Source: Coprococcus sp. | Lineage (GTDB): Bacteria; Bacillota; Clostridia; Lachnospirales; Lachnospiraceae | Direction: 5' to 3' | NCBI GenBank assembly: GCA_022793995.1 | Contig: JAAWDY010000011.1 | Span: forward strand, 49,596-113,595 | Length of the DNA stretch: 64,000 nucleotides | Part shown: positions 28,709 to 37,561 of the stretch, piece after piece | Layout of the letters: every line of letters begins with the position of its first letter | How positions within the stretch are numbered: position 1 is the stretch's first letter | The notes under the pieces: generated by a model | The model's input: only the letters and a program-made list of their open reading frames with translations | Told to the model about the DNA's origin: nothing | Databases searched by the model: none | Made by a program: the position numbers and the translations under genes

Positions 28709-28738
28709 GAATGTGCTTTGGCACATTCTTTATATTTG
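28709..28738 (+). terminator. Second terminator-like hairpin upstream of the plsX promoter
   Basis: GAATGTGC-tttg-GCACATTC followed by TTTATATTT. Confidence 0.4.
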
Positions 28739-28758
28739 TGAAATGCAAAAAACGGCTA

Positions 28759-28787
28759 TTGATTTTTAGATTGATGTCTAGTAGAAT
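28759..28787 (+). promoter_or_regulatory. Candidate plsX promoter
   Basis: TTGATT - 17 nt - TAGAAT, 29 nt upstream of the plsX ATG. Confidence 0.55.
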
Positions 28788-28815
28788 GTTTTTAGTAATG
28801 CTGGGAGGTAGCAGT

Positions 28816-29838
28816 ATGAAAGAAATGACAAAAGTCGTGCTGGATGCCATGGGCGGAGATAATGCTCCAGGAGAAATTGTGAAGGGCGCCGTCGAGGCTG
28901 TAAACAGGCGAAGCGACATCCAGGTCATCCTTACGGGAAAGGAGGACGTCATTCAGGATGTGCTTAAGGGATATACTTATCCTGAAGGGCAGATCGAGAT
29001 CCGCAATGCGCAGGAGGTGATCGAGACTTCCGAGCCGCCGGTCATGGCGATCCGGAGAAAGAAGGATTCCTCTATTGTGACAGGGCTTAAGATGGTGAAG
29101 ACAGGGGAGGCGGACGCATTCGTTTCCGCGGGAAGTTCCGGGGCGATCCTCGCAGGGGGGCAGCTCATTGTGGGCAGGCTTGGTGGAGTGGAACGACCGC
29201 CGCTTGCGCCGCTAATCCCGACGAAGAAGGGTTTTTCCCTTTTGATCGACTGTGGGGCGAATGTAGACGCAAGACCATCGCATCTGGTCCAGTTTGCCAA
29301 GATGGGTTCGATCTACATGAAACATGTCATGGGAGTTCAGGATCCGAATGTAGGCATCGTAAATATCGGTGCGGAAGAAGAAAAGGGGAACGCGCTGGTA
29401 AAGGAGACATTTCCTCTACTTAAAGAATGCAGGGACATTCATTTTACCGGAAGTATTGAAGCGCGGGATATTCCTTATGGACAGGTTGATGTGGTGGTAT
29501 GCGAAGCGTTTGTCGGCAATGTCATTTTGAAACTGTATGAAGGCGTCGGAGCAGTACTTATCAGCAAGATCAAGGGCGGTCTGATGCAGAATCTACGAAG
29601 TAAGCTGGGCGCACTCCTGGTAAAACCGGCGCTAAAAGAAACCCTGAAGGATTTTGACGCCAGCGAGTATGGCGGTGCGCCGCTTTTAGGGCTTTCGGGC
29701 CTGGTCGTAAAGACACATGGAAGTTCTAAGGCAAAAGAAGTATGCAATTCTATTTTGCAGTGTGTTACATTTAAAGAACAGCATATCAATGAAAAAATCA
29801 AACAGAGTATTCAGGCGGAAACAGAGCCGGCAGACTAA
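28816..29838 (+). CDS. plsX: Phosphate acyltransferase PlsX
   Basis: KVVLDAMGGDNAPGEIVKGAVEA N-terminus and the GFSLLIDCGANVD and KTHGSSKAKE blocks. GGGAGG RBS before the ATG at 28816. Confidence 0.93.
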   Translation: MKEMTKVVLDAMGGDNAPGEIVKGAVEAVNRRSDIQVILTGKEDVIQDVLKGYTYPEGQIEIRNAQEVIETSEPPVMAIRRKKDSSIVTGLKMVKTGEADAFVSAGSSGAILAGGQLIVGRLGGVERPPLAPLIPTKKGFSLLIDCGANVDARPSHLVQFAKMGSIYMKHVMGVQDPNVGIVNIGAEEEKGNALVKETFPLLKECRDIHFTGSIEARDIPYGQVDVVVCEAFVGNVILKLYEGVGAVLISKIKGGLMQNLRSKLGALLVKPALKETLKDFDASEYGGAPLLGLSGLVVKTHGSSKAKEVCNSILQCVTFKEQHINEKIKQSIQAETEPAD

Positions 29839-29864
29839 GTAAAGAAGAGAAAGGGTAACAGGAT

Positions 29865-30095
29865 ATGGAATTTGAAAAGCTTAGAGACATTATTGTTGAG
29901 GTGTTGAGATGCAGCCCGGAGGAGATCACAGCTGAGACGACATTTGTAGATGATCTTGGGGCGGATTCACTGGATATTTTCCAGATCATCATGGGAATTG
30001 AGGATGCATTTGATATTGAGATCGACAACGACGAGGCGGAGAAGATCGCGACTGTCGGAGACGCGGTAGAACAGATCAAGAACGCAATAAACTAG
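29865..30095 (+). CDS. acpP: Acyl carrier protein
   Basis: 76 aa with the DLGADSLD phosphopantetheine attachment motif. Confidence 0.95.
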   Translation: MEFEKLRDIIVEVLRCSPEEITAETTFVDDLGADSLDIFQIIMGIEDAFDIEIDNDEAEKIATVGDAVEQIKNAIN

Positions 30096-30104
30096 GCTGA
30101 GGAC

Positions 30105-30129
30105 AAAAAAGCCCGCATCGGGCTTTTTT
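30105..30129 (+). terminator. acpP rho-independent terminator
   Basis: AAAAAAGCCCG-catc-GGGCTTTTTT. Confidence 0.8.
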
Positions 30130-30173
30130 GTGATATAGGGAACTTTGTTCCCTATATCACAAAAACCCTCCGG
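30125..30173 (+). repeat. Extended hairpin element E2 (homologous to E1): perfect 19-bp stem plus the CCCTCCGG tail
   Basis: TTTTTGTGATATAGGGAAC-ttt-GTTCCCTATATCACAAAAA followed by CCCTCCGG. The 5' arm uses the terminator T-tract. Confidence 0.8.
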
Positions 30174-30195
30174 GGTAATGAAGGAGAGGTGTAAT

Positions 30196-30888
30196 ATGGA
30201 AAAAGATATTAGAAAATTAGAAATAAGGACAGGATATCATTTTCAGGACATAAATCTGCTCATCCATGCAATGACACATAGCTCCTATGTGAATGAAAAG
30301 CATCTGAAAAAACCGGACTGCAACGAAAGGCTTGAATTTTTGGGAGATGCGGTACTGGAGCTTGTGTCCAGTGAATATCTGTTTTTTGAGAATGAGACGA
30401 TGCCGGAAGGGGAACTGACAAAGCTTCGGGCAAGCATGGTATGTGAGAAAGCGCTGGCGTTTTGCGCCCGCGACCTTAAGCTGGGAGATTTTCTGCTTTT
30501 GGGAAAAGGCGAGGACGCCACAGGCGGGAGAAAGCGGGACTCGATCACATCGGACGCACTTGAAGCCCTGATTGGGGCGATTTACCTTGACGGTGGTTTT
30601 GCTAATGCAAAAGAGTTCATTTTACAACATATTTTGAATGACCTGGATGGAAAACGGCTCTTTTATGATAGCAAGACTATCCTTCAGGAAATCGTGCAGG
30701 GCGGCCTGGACAAGAGTATCTCTTACCATCTCCTGGACGAGAGAGGTCCAGATCACGATAAATCTTTTTATGTGGAGGTGCTGATCGGAGATCTAAGCTA
30801 CGGGAAAGGAACAGGGCGTACTAAGAAGGCGGCCGAGCAGGAAGCGGCGTATCAGGCGATCCTGAAACTGAGGAACAGAAAGGCATAA
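30196..30888 (+). CDS. rnc: Ribonuclease III
   Basis: ERLEFLGDAVLELV RNase III signature and a C-terminal dsRBD (GPDHDKSF...GRTKKAAEQEAA). AAGGAGAGG RBS. Confidence 0.95.
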   Translation: MEKDIRKLEIRTGYHFQDINLLIHAMTHSSYVNEKHLKKPDCNERLEFLGDAVLELVSSEYLFFENETMPEGELTKLRASMVCEKALAFCARDLKLGDFLLLGKGEDATGGRKRDSITSDALEALIGAIYLDGGFANAKEFILQHILNDLDGKRLFYDSKTILQEIVQGGLDKSISYHLLDERGPDHDKSFYVEVLIGDLSYGKGTGRTKKAAEQEAAYQAILKLRNRKA

Positions 30889-30899
30889 GCGGGTGAAGA

Positions 30900-33800
30900 A
30901 TGTATTTAAAAAGTATAGAGGTACATGGATTTAAGTCGTTTGCTCACAGGACTTTTTTTGAGTTCCACAACGGGATCACCGGTATCGTAGGACCGAATGG
31001 GAGCGGGAAGAGTAATGTGGCCGACGCAGTGAGATGGGTGCTCGGAGAGCAGAGGGCGAAGCAGCTTCGGGGCGGAAATATGCAGGATGTCATTTTTTCG
31101 GGAACAGAGAGCCGAAGACCCTTAAGTTATGCGTCCGTGGCGATCACACTGGATAATTCCGATCATAAGCTTTCTGTTGGATTCGAGGAGGTCAAGGTGA
31201 CCCGGAAGCTGTACCGTTCAGGCGAGAGTGAATATCTGATTAATGGGAGTGTCTGCCGTCTGAAAGATATTTACGAGATGTTCTATGATACCGGAATCGG
31301 GAAGGAAGGATATTCGATCATCGGACAAGGTCAGATCGATCAGATATTGAGTGGTAAACCGGAGGATAGAAGGGAGCTTTTTGACGAGGCGGCAGGGATC
31401 GTAAAGTTCAAACGCCGGAAAAATATGTCCCTCAAGAAATTGGACGAGGAACAGCAGAACCTTCTGCGGGTCAACGATATCTTAGGTGAGCTGGAAAAGC
31501 AGTTCGGCCCTTTGAAAGAGCAGGCGGAGACGGCAAGAGAATATCTGAAGAAAAAGGAAGAGTTGAAACGGTACGATATTAATATGTTCCTTTTAGAGAC
31601 AGCGAGACTTAAGGAACAGATTCAGGATACGGAGGCGAAGCTTACGATCACCCAGGGAGAGCTGGATGGGATCAGCCGCCAGTATGATGAGATGAAAGCT
31701 GAGTACGAGACGATCGAGGATAAGGTGGACGAGATTGATGCGGAAATCGAAAAGTACCGGAGGCAGCTTAGCGAGACCACACTGCTCAAGCAGCAGCTCG
31801 AAGGACAGATCGAGCTCCTCAAGGAACAGATTAACAGCGTGCGGATGAACGACGAGCATTATGAACAGCGTGCAAAGACAATCGAGATCGAGCTTGCCGA
31901 ACGCAGGAAACAGCAGAATACGCTGGAAAAAGAGCGGAGGGATATTTTTGAAAAGCTCTCGCAGGAAGAAGAGCGGCAGAAACAGGCGCAGAAAGAGCTG
32001 CTTGAACTTCAGTCCAAGATCGCGGAGAAGTCGGATGAGATCGACAGGAACCAGAATGAGATCATGGAGCTTTTGAATAACCGTGCCTCCACAAAAGCGA
32101 AAATGCAGCACTACGACACCATGCTGGATCAGATGCAGGTGCGCCGTACGGAACTGGACAGACGGATGCAGGAGACGGAAGCGGACGCAGAGGAACAAAA
32201 ACATCTTTACCAAAAGCATGAAGACGAACTCAAAGTGATTTCCACAAAGATTGCCGATGAAGTGGAAGAGTCTGGGAAGTATGAAGAACAGATTGAGAAA
32301 CTCCAGTCAGTGATTGCCGAGAAGAATGAACAGCTCCGTATCGGACAAACGGCCTTCCACAGGGAGGAATCTCGTCTGGAATCCCTGAAAAATATTACAG
32401 AACGTTACGATGGATATGGGAACAGTATCCGCCGGGTGATGGAAAAGAGGGGAAGCGAGCCGGGGCTTTTGGGCGTTGTCGCGGACATCATTAAAGTTGA
32501 AAAGAAATATGAGATCGCCATCGAGACAGCGCTTGGCGGCAGCATCCAGAATATCGTCACTGCAGATGAGGAAACCGCGAAAAAGATGATCGCCTATCTG
32601 AAGAAAAATAAATATGGAAGGGCGACCTTCCTCCCGCTTACGGCCATACGGAGCGGGCAGGGTCCGTCGGACCGAGAGGTTCTGAAAGAAAAAGGCGTGA
32701 TTGGTACCGCGGATTCTCTGGTGACTGTAGAAAAAAGATTTGCAAGACTTGTAGGGCATCTTTTGGGCAGGACCATCGTAGCGGATACGATTGATACTGG
32801 AATCGCCCTGGCAAGAAAATACCGTCAGACGCTTCGGATCGTGACGCTGGAGGGGGAGCTTATCAATCCGGGCGGCGCGATGAGCGGCGGCGCTTTCAAA
32901 AATTCCAGCAATCTTCTGAGCCGGCGGCGCGAGATCGAAGAATTTGAAAAAACGGTCCTTCTCCTCAAAAAAGATATGGAGGAAGCGCAGGAGCGGCTCG
33001 ATGAAGTCAAGGCCAAAAGGTCGGCACTTTACGCGAAAGTAGAAGAGATCCAGCAGCAGCTTCAAAAGGATTATGTGACGCAGAACACAGCGAAGATGAA
33101 TCTGGACCAGATCGCGGCGAAGCAGAAATATGCGATGGAGAATGCGGCGGGCATCCGCCGGGAGAAGGCAGAGCTGGAACACCAGATCAAGGGAGTTGAA
33201 GAGAATCAAGAATCGATTCAGGTTGAGCTTGAGACCAGCGAACATCTGGAGAAGGAGCTGACGAAGCAGATGGAACTTTTCCAAAGGATGCTGGAAGAGC
33301 ATCGGGCGAAAGAGGGGAAAGAAGTCAAGAAAAACGAAGAGATCCATCTGTCCTACGCGGCATTAGAGCAGAAGAGCGCATTTATAGAGGAAAATTTCTG
33401 CCGTATCAATGAAGAGATCGCCAAATTTACGGAAGAACTGAACGAACTGGATATCAGTAAAAGTGAAACAAACGGCGAGATCGAGCAGAAAGAGAAACAG
33501 ATCGCAGAGATACGGCAGACGATAGAGGATTCCACAGAACTCTTTGCAGAGATCCAGGAAGAGATCGTAAAATCGCAGAAGGAGAGGGAGACGCTGAATC
33601 AGAAGAATCGGTCGTTTCTCAGAAAGCGGGAGGAGATTTCCCGTCAGATGTCGGATCTGGACAAGGAAGTATTCCGCTTAAGCAGCCGGAAAGAAAACTG
33701 TGAGGAATCTGTGGAAAAGCAGATCAATTATATGTGGGAAGAATATGAACTGACATATAGCAGAGCATTGGAAATTCGGGATGAGAACCTGACCGATCTG

Positions 33801-34460
33801 TCGCGCATGAAGAAAAGGATCCAGGAACTTCGCGCGGAGATCAAATCACTGGGCGCCGTTAACGTCAATGCCATCGAAGATTTCAAGAATCTGTCGGAGC
33901 GTTATGAATTTCTGAGAAATCAGCATGATGATTTGGTGGAAGCTGAAGGGACATTAAAACAGATCATAGAGGAATTGGACGCTGCCATGCGTAAGCAGTT
34001 TACAGAACAGTTTGCGCTCATCGCCGAAGAATTCAACAAAGTGTTTAAAGCTTTGTTTGGAGGAGGGAAGGGCACATTGGAACTGACTCCAGAGGAGGAT
34101 GTGCTGGAGGCAGGGATCCGTATTATTGCGCAGCCGCCAGGGAAGAAGCTCCAGAATATGATGCAGCTTTCCGGGGGTGAGAAAGCCTTGACAGCCATCT
34201 CGCTTTTATTTGCAATCCAGAACTTGAAGCCGTCGCCGTTTTGCCTGCTGGACGAGATCGAGGCAGCTCTGGACGACTCGAATGTGGTTAGGTTCGCACA
34301 ATATCTGCACAGGCTTACAAAGAATACCCAGTTCATCGTAATTACCCACAGAAGGGGTACGATGACGGCGGCAGACCGCCTATATGGGATCACGATGCAG
34401 GAAAAGGGTATATCAACCCAGGTATCGGTGGATCTTTTGGAGGACGAATTGGATAAATAG
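30900..34460 (+). CDS. smc: Chromosome partition protein Smc
   Basis: 1186 aa. Walker A GPNGSGKSN, long coiled coils, a hinge, signature LSGGEKALTAI, and Walker B FCLLDEIEAALD. Confidence 0.96.
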   Translation: MYLKSIEVHGFKSFAHRTFFEFHNGITGIVGPNGSGKSNVADAVRWVLGEQRAKQLRGGNMQDVIFSGTESRRPLSYASVAITLDNSDHKLSVGFEEVKVTRKLYRSGESEYLINGSVCRLKDIYEMFYDTGIGKEGYSIIGQGQIDQILSGKPEDRRELFDEAAGIVKFKRRKNMSLKKLDEEQQNLLRVNDILGELEKQFGPLKEQAETAREYLKKKEELKRYDINMFLLETARLKEQIQDTEAKLTITQGELDGISRQYDEMKAEYETIEDKVDEIDAEIEKYRRQLSETTLLKQQLEGQIELLKEQINSVRMNDEHYEQRAKTIEIELAERRKQQNTLEKERRDIFEKLSQEEERQKQAQKELLELQSKIAEKSDEIDRNQNEIMELLNNRASTKAKMQHYDTMLDQMQVRRTELDRRMQETEADAEEQKHLYQKHEDELKVISTKIADEVEESGKYEEQIEKLQSVIAEKNEQLRIGQTAFHREESRLESLKNITERYDGYGNSIRRVMEKRGSEPGLLGVVADIIKVEKKYEIAIETALGGSIQNIVTADEETAKKMIAYLKKNKYGRATFLPLTAIRSGQGPSDREVLKEKGVIGTADSLVTVEKRFARLVGHLLGRTIVADTIDTGIALARKYRQTLRIVTLEGELINPGGAMSGGAFKNSSNLLSRRREIEEFEKTVLLLKKDMEEAQERLDEVKAKRSALYAKVEEIQQQLQKDYVTQNTAKMNLDQIAAKQKYAMENAAGIRREKAELEHQIKGVEENQESIQVELETSEHLEKELTKQMELFQRMLEEHRAKEGKEVKKNEEIHLSYAALEQKSAFIEENFCRINEEIAKFTEELNELDISKSETNGEIEQKEKQIAEIRQTIEDSTELFAEIQEEIVKSQKERETLNQKNRSFLRKREEISRQMSDLDKEVFRLSSRKENCEESVEKQINYMWEEYELTYSRALEIRDENLTDLSRMKKRIQELRAEIKSLGAVNVNAIEDFKNLSERYEFLRNQHDDLVEAEGTLKQIIEELDAAMRKQFTEQFALIAEEFNKVFKALFGGGKGTLELTPEEDVLEAGIRIIAQPPGKKLQNMMQLSGGEKALTAISLLFAIQNLKPSPFCLLDEIEAALDDSNVVRFAQYLHRLTKNTQFIVITHRRGTMTAADRLYGITMQEKGISTQVSVDLLEDELDK

Positions 34461-34477
34461 TAGAAGGGAAGAGGGAT

Positions 34478-35422
34478 ATGGAAGAAAAAAAGGGATTTTT
34501 TCGACGACTTGTCGACGGACTTGGGAAGACAAGGGCGAATATCGTATCGGGGATTGACGGCATTTTCCATGGTTTTAGCAGCATTGACGATGATTTCTAT
34601 GAGGAGCTGGAGGAGATCCTGATTATGGGGGATCTGGGAGTGAAAGCGACCTACGCCATTTTGGAAGACCTGAAAAAGAAGGTCAAAGAACAGCACATTA
34701 AAGAGCCGTCCGACTGTAGGCAGCTTTTAATCGACAGTATAAAAAAACAGATGGACGTGGGGGAGACAGCTTACGAGTTCGAGGAGAGGACTTCGGTCGT
34801 ACTCGTAATCGGCGTCAATGGTGTGGGAAAGACGACTACGATCGGAAAGCTGGCCGGAAAGCTGCGCGCACAGCATAAGAAAGTCGTTCTTGCGGCGGCG
34901 GACACGTTCCGGGCGGCGGCAGGAGAACAGCTTAAGGAATGGGCGAAGCGGTCGGATGCAGACCTGATCGGCGGGCAGGAAGGCGCGGATCCGGCGGCGA
35001 TCGTATACGACGCAGTACAGGCGGCGCGGGCGCGCAAGGCGGACGTACTCCTCTGTGATACGGCGGGACGCCTGCATAACAAGAAGAATTTGATGGAAGA
35101 ATTGAAGAAAATCAACCGGGTACTGGAACGGGAATGTCCGGAGGCTTACAGGGAGACCCTGGTTGTTCTGGATGGTACTACGGGACAGAACGCACTTGCC
35201 CAGGCAAAACAATTCCAGGAGGCGGCGGACATTACGGGCATTATCCTGACGAAAATGGACGGGACAGCCAAAGGAGGGATTGCGGTGGCAATCCAGGCGG
35301 AGCTTGGGATTCCGGTAAAATATATCGGCGTGGGAGAGACGATCGACGACCTGGAGAAGTTTGATCCGGATCAGTTCGTGAACGCGCTGTTTACAGTAAA
35401 AGAAGGAGAAGAAGAATGTTGA
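34478..35422 (+). CDS. ftsY: Signal recognition particle receptor FtsY
   Basis: NG domain motifs GVNGVGKTTTIGKLA, DTAGR, TKMDGTAKGG. Confidence 0.95.
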   Translation: MEEKKGFFRRLVDGLGKTRANIVSGIDGIFHGFSSIDDDFYEELEEILIMGDLGVKATYAILEDLKKKVKEQHIKEPSDCRQLLIDSIKKQMDVGETAYEFEERTSVVLVIGVNGVGKTTTIGKLAGKLRAQHKKVVLAAADTFRAAAGEQLKEWAKRSDADLIGGQEGADPAAIVYDAVQAARARKADVLLCDTAGRLHNKKNLMEELKKINRVLERECPEAYRETLVVLDGTTGQNALAQAKQFQEAADITGIILTKMDGTAKGGIAVAIQAELGIPVKYIGVGETIDDLEKFDPDQFVNALFTVKEGEEEC

Positions 35423-36630
35423 CATTAGAAAAGTTTGAAGAGGCCAGTGAGATCGTCAAACAAGTGACAAAGCCTACTAAATTGGTATACAGTGAACACT
35501 TAAGCGCACAGACCGGCGGTAAAGTATATCTAAAACCGGAGAATATGCAGTACACAGGCGCTTATAAGATCAGGGGAGCGTACTATAAGATCAGCACATT
35601 AAGCGAGGAAGAACGGGCGAAGGGCCTCATTACAGCCTCCGCAGGCAACCATGCTCAGGGCGTTGCATATGCGGCGAAAGCATTCGGCTGTAAAGCGACC
35701 ATTGTGATGCCGACCGTGACGCCGCTCATTAAGGTGAACCGGACCAAGAGCTATGGTGCGGACGTTGTACTTTACGGAGACGTTTATGACGACGCCTGTG
35801 CGAAGGCATATGAGCTTGCAAAAGAGCACGGATATACGTTTGTGCATCCCTTCGACGATCTGGATGTGGCGACAGGACAAGGAACCATCGCCATGGAGAT
35901 TGTGCAGGAGCTTCCGACAGTGGACTATATTTTTGTCCCCATTGGAGGAGGCGGGTTGATCTCAGGAATCGCAACGCTGGCTAAGATGCTGAACCCCAAG
36001 ATCAAAGTAGTCGGCGTAGAGCCGGCGGAAGCTGCGAGTATGCAGGCGGCTGTGGCGGCGGGGCATGTGGTGACCCTCCCCAGCGCGAACACGATTGCGG
36101 ACGGGACGGCCGTAAAGACAGTGGGGGAACAGAATCTGCCCTATGTCATAGAGAACGTGGACCAGATTATATCCGTGGAGGATGACGAGCTGGTAGGCGT
36201 GTTCCTCGATATGGTGGAGAACCACAAAATGATCGTGGAAAACTCAGGACTTTTATCTGTGGCGGCGTTGAAACAGATGGATCTGACAGGAAAGAAGGTC
36301 GTCTGTATCTTAAGCGGTGGGAATATGGATGTGATTACCATGTCCTCTGTGGTACAGCATGGACTGATTCAGAGGGACCGTATTTTCTCAGTGTCCGTTC
36401 TTCTGCCGGATAAGCCGGGAGAACTGGTGCGGGTGGCGAAGACAGTGGCGGATGAACAGGGCAATGTCATTAAGCTGGAACACAATCAGTTTGTGAGCAT
36501 CAACCGGAACGCGGCAGTAGAGCTTCGTGTGACGATGGAAGCCTTTGGCACGGAGCATAAGAACCGCATCATCCACGCTCTTGAGGAGAATGGTTTCCGT
36601 CCGAAACTGATCGGAGCAAAGCTATATTAG
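35416..36630 (+). CDS. ilvA: Threonine ammonia-lyase (threonine dehydratase) with a C-terminal ACT-like domain
   Basis: PLP-fold motifs YKIRGAYY (Lys) and ASAGNHAQGVAYAA, a GGGGL loop, 404 aa. Confidence 0.85.
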   Translation: MLTLEKFEEASEIVKQVTKPTKLVYSEHLSAQTGGKVYLKPENMQYTGAYKIRGAYYKISTLSEEERAKGLITASAGNHAQGVAYAAKAFGCKATIVMPTVTPLIKVNRTKSYGADVVLYGDVYDDACAKAYELAKEHGYTFVHPFDDLDVATGQGTIAMEIVQELPTVDYIFVPIGGGGLISGIATLAKMLNPKIKVVGVEPAEAASMQAAVAAGHVVTLPSANTIADGTAVKTVGEQNLPYVIENVDQIISVEDDELVGVFLDMVENHKMIVENSGLLSVAALKQMDLTGKKVVCILSGGNMDVITMSSVVQHGLIQRDRIFSVSVLLPDKPGELVRVAKTVADEQGNVIKLEHNQFVSINRNAAVELRVTMEAFGTEHKNRIIHALEENGFRPKLIGAKLY

Positions 36631-36661
36631 ATCAGCATATTTCAAACAGGAGTAAAAGAAT

Positions 36662-37306
36662 ATGGACGAGTATTCGCTGAGGGGGCAGGTATTCCGGGCG
36701 ATCAGACGGGATATCCTAAAGGGCAGGTATAAAGAACATGAAGAGCTGCGTGAAGCGACTTTGGGGAAGGAACTCGGGGTCAGCAGGACTCCGGTACGCG
36801 AGGCGCTCAGGCAGTTGGAGCTGGAGGGACTGGTCGATATCATACCGAACAAGGGAGCTTATGTGACCGGTATTTCTAAAAAGGACGTACATGATATCTA
36901 CAGGATCCGCTCCATGCTGGAAGGATTATGCGTACGCTGGGCAGTGGAAAATATCACTCCGGAGGAACTGGAGGAACTGGAAGAGGCGCTTCTTTTGGGG
37001 GAATATCACCTGAAACGCGGGAATGCGGAACAGATGACAGAGCTTGACGGAAGATTCCATCAGATACTTTACGAAGCGTCCAGGAGCCGTATCATGAGCC
37101 ATGTATTGTCGGATTTTCACAGCTATGTCCAGATGTCGCGGAGAAATTCGGTCAAGACAAAAGAGCGGGCGGCAAAATCATTGGAAGAGCATAGAGGGAT
37201 TTTTGAAGCGATACAGAAGGGGGACGCCGATCTGGCGGAACGGCTTGCGAATATTCATATCCTGCATGTGATGGAGAACCTGCATATAGAAGAGGAAACA
37301 AAGTGA
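36662..37306 (+). CDS. GntR-family transcriptional regulator (FadR/FCD subfamily)
   Basis: wHTH LGKELGVSRTPVREALRQLELEGLV and an all-helical C-terminal FCD-like domain. Confidence 0.85.
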   Translation: MDEYSLRGQVFRAIRRDILKGRYKEHEELREATLGKELGVSRTPVREALRQLELEGLVDIIPNKGAYVTGISKKDVHDIYRIRSMLEGLCVRWAVENITPEELEELEEALLLGEYHLKRGNAEQMTELDGRFHQILYEASRSRIMSHVLSDFHSYVQMSRRNSVKTKERAAKSLEEHRGIFEAIQKGDADLAERLANIHILHVMENLHIEEETK

Positions 37307-37309
37307 TTC

Positions 37310-37540
37310 ATCGCCTATTCGGCGATGAAAGGAAGAAGTATACCCCGCAAGCTAAAGCATCCGGGGTCCCTGAACTCAATCGCCTATTCGGCGATGAAAG
37401 GAGAAGCATACCCCGTATGCTAAAGCATCCGGGGTCCCTGAATTTAATCGCCTATTCGGCGATGAAAGGAAGAAGTATACCCCCGCAAGCGAAAGCATCC
37501 GGGGTCCCTGAATTTAATCGCCTATTCGGCGATGAAAGGA
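37310..37540 (+). repeat. Tandem repeat, ~3.4 copies of a 68-70 nt unit, between gntR and icd
   Basis: Unit starts (ATCGCCTATTCGGCGATGAAAGGA...) are at 37310, 37379, 37447 and 37517. Each unit has ATCGCC-tattc-GGCGAT and ACCCCG-n14-CGGGGT hairpins. Confidence 0.9.
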
Positions 37541-37561
37541 AATAGGAAAGGAGACAGATAT

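Noticed and set aside
28681-28815. Longer plsX start at 28681 as given by the ORF track.
   Set aside because: The 45-aa extension (MPQAAALGARMCFGTFFIFVKCKK...) covers the predicted promoter and a terminator-like hairpin. PlsX homology begins at MKEMTKVVLDAMGGDNAP, which is preceded by GGGAGG.
37310-37540. Possible CRISPR array.
   Set aside because: The repeats are directly abutting with no unique spacers, the units are ~69 nt long, and no cas genes are present in the window.
37303-37545. 80-aa ORF ([12 protein letters not shown]...) spanning the gntR-icd spacer.
   Set aside because: It is produced by reading through the tandem repeat. Unit periods of 69, 68 and 70 nt shift the frame between copies, so the peptide is not itself repetitive. 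It also starts inside the gntR stop region with no RBS.
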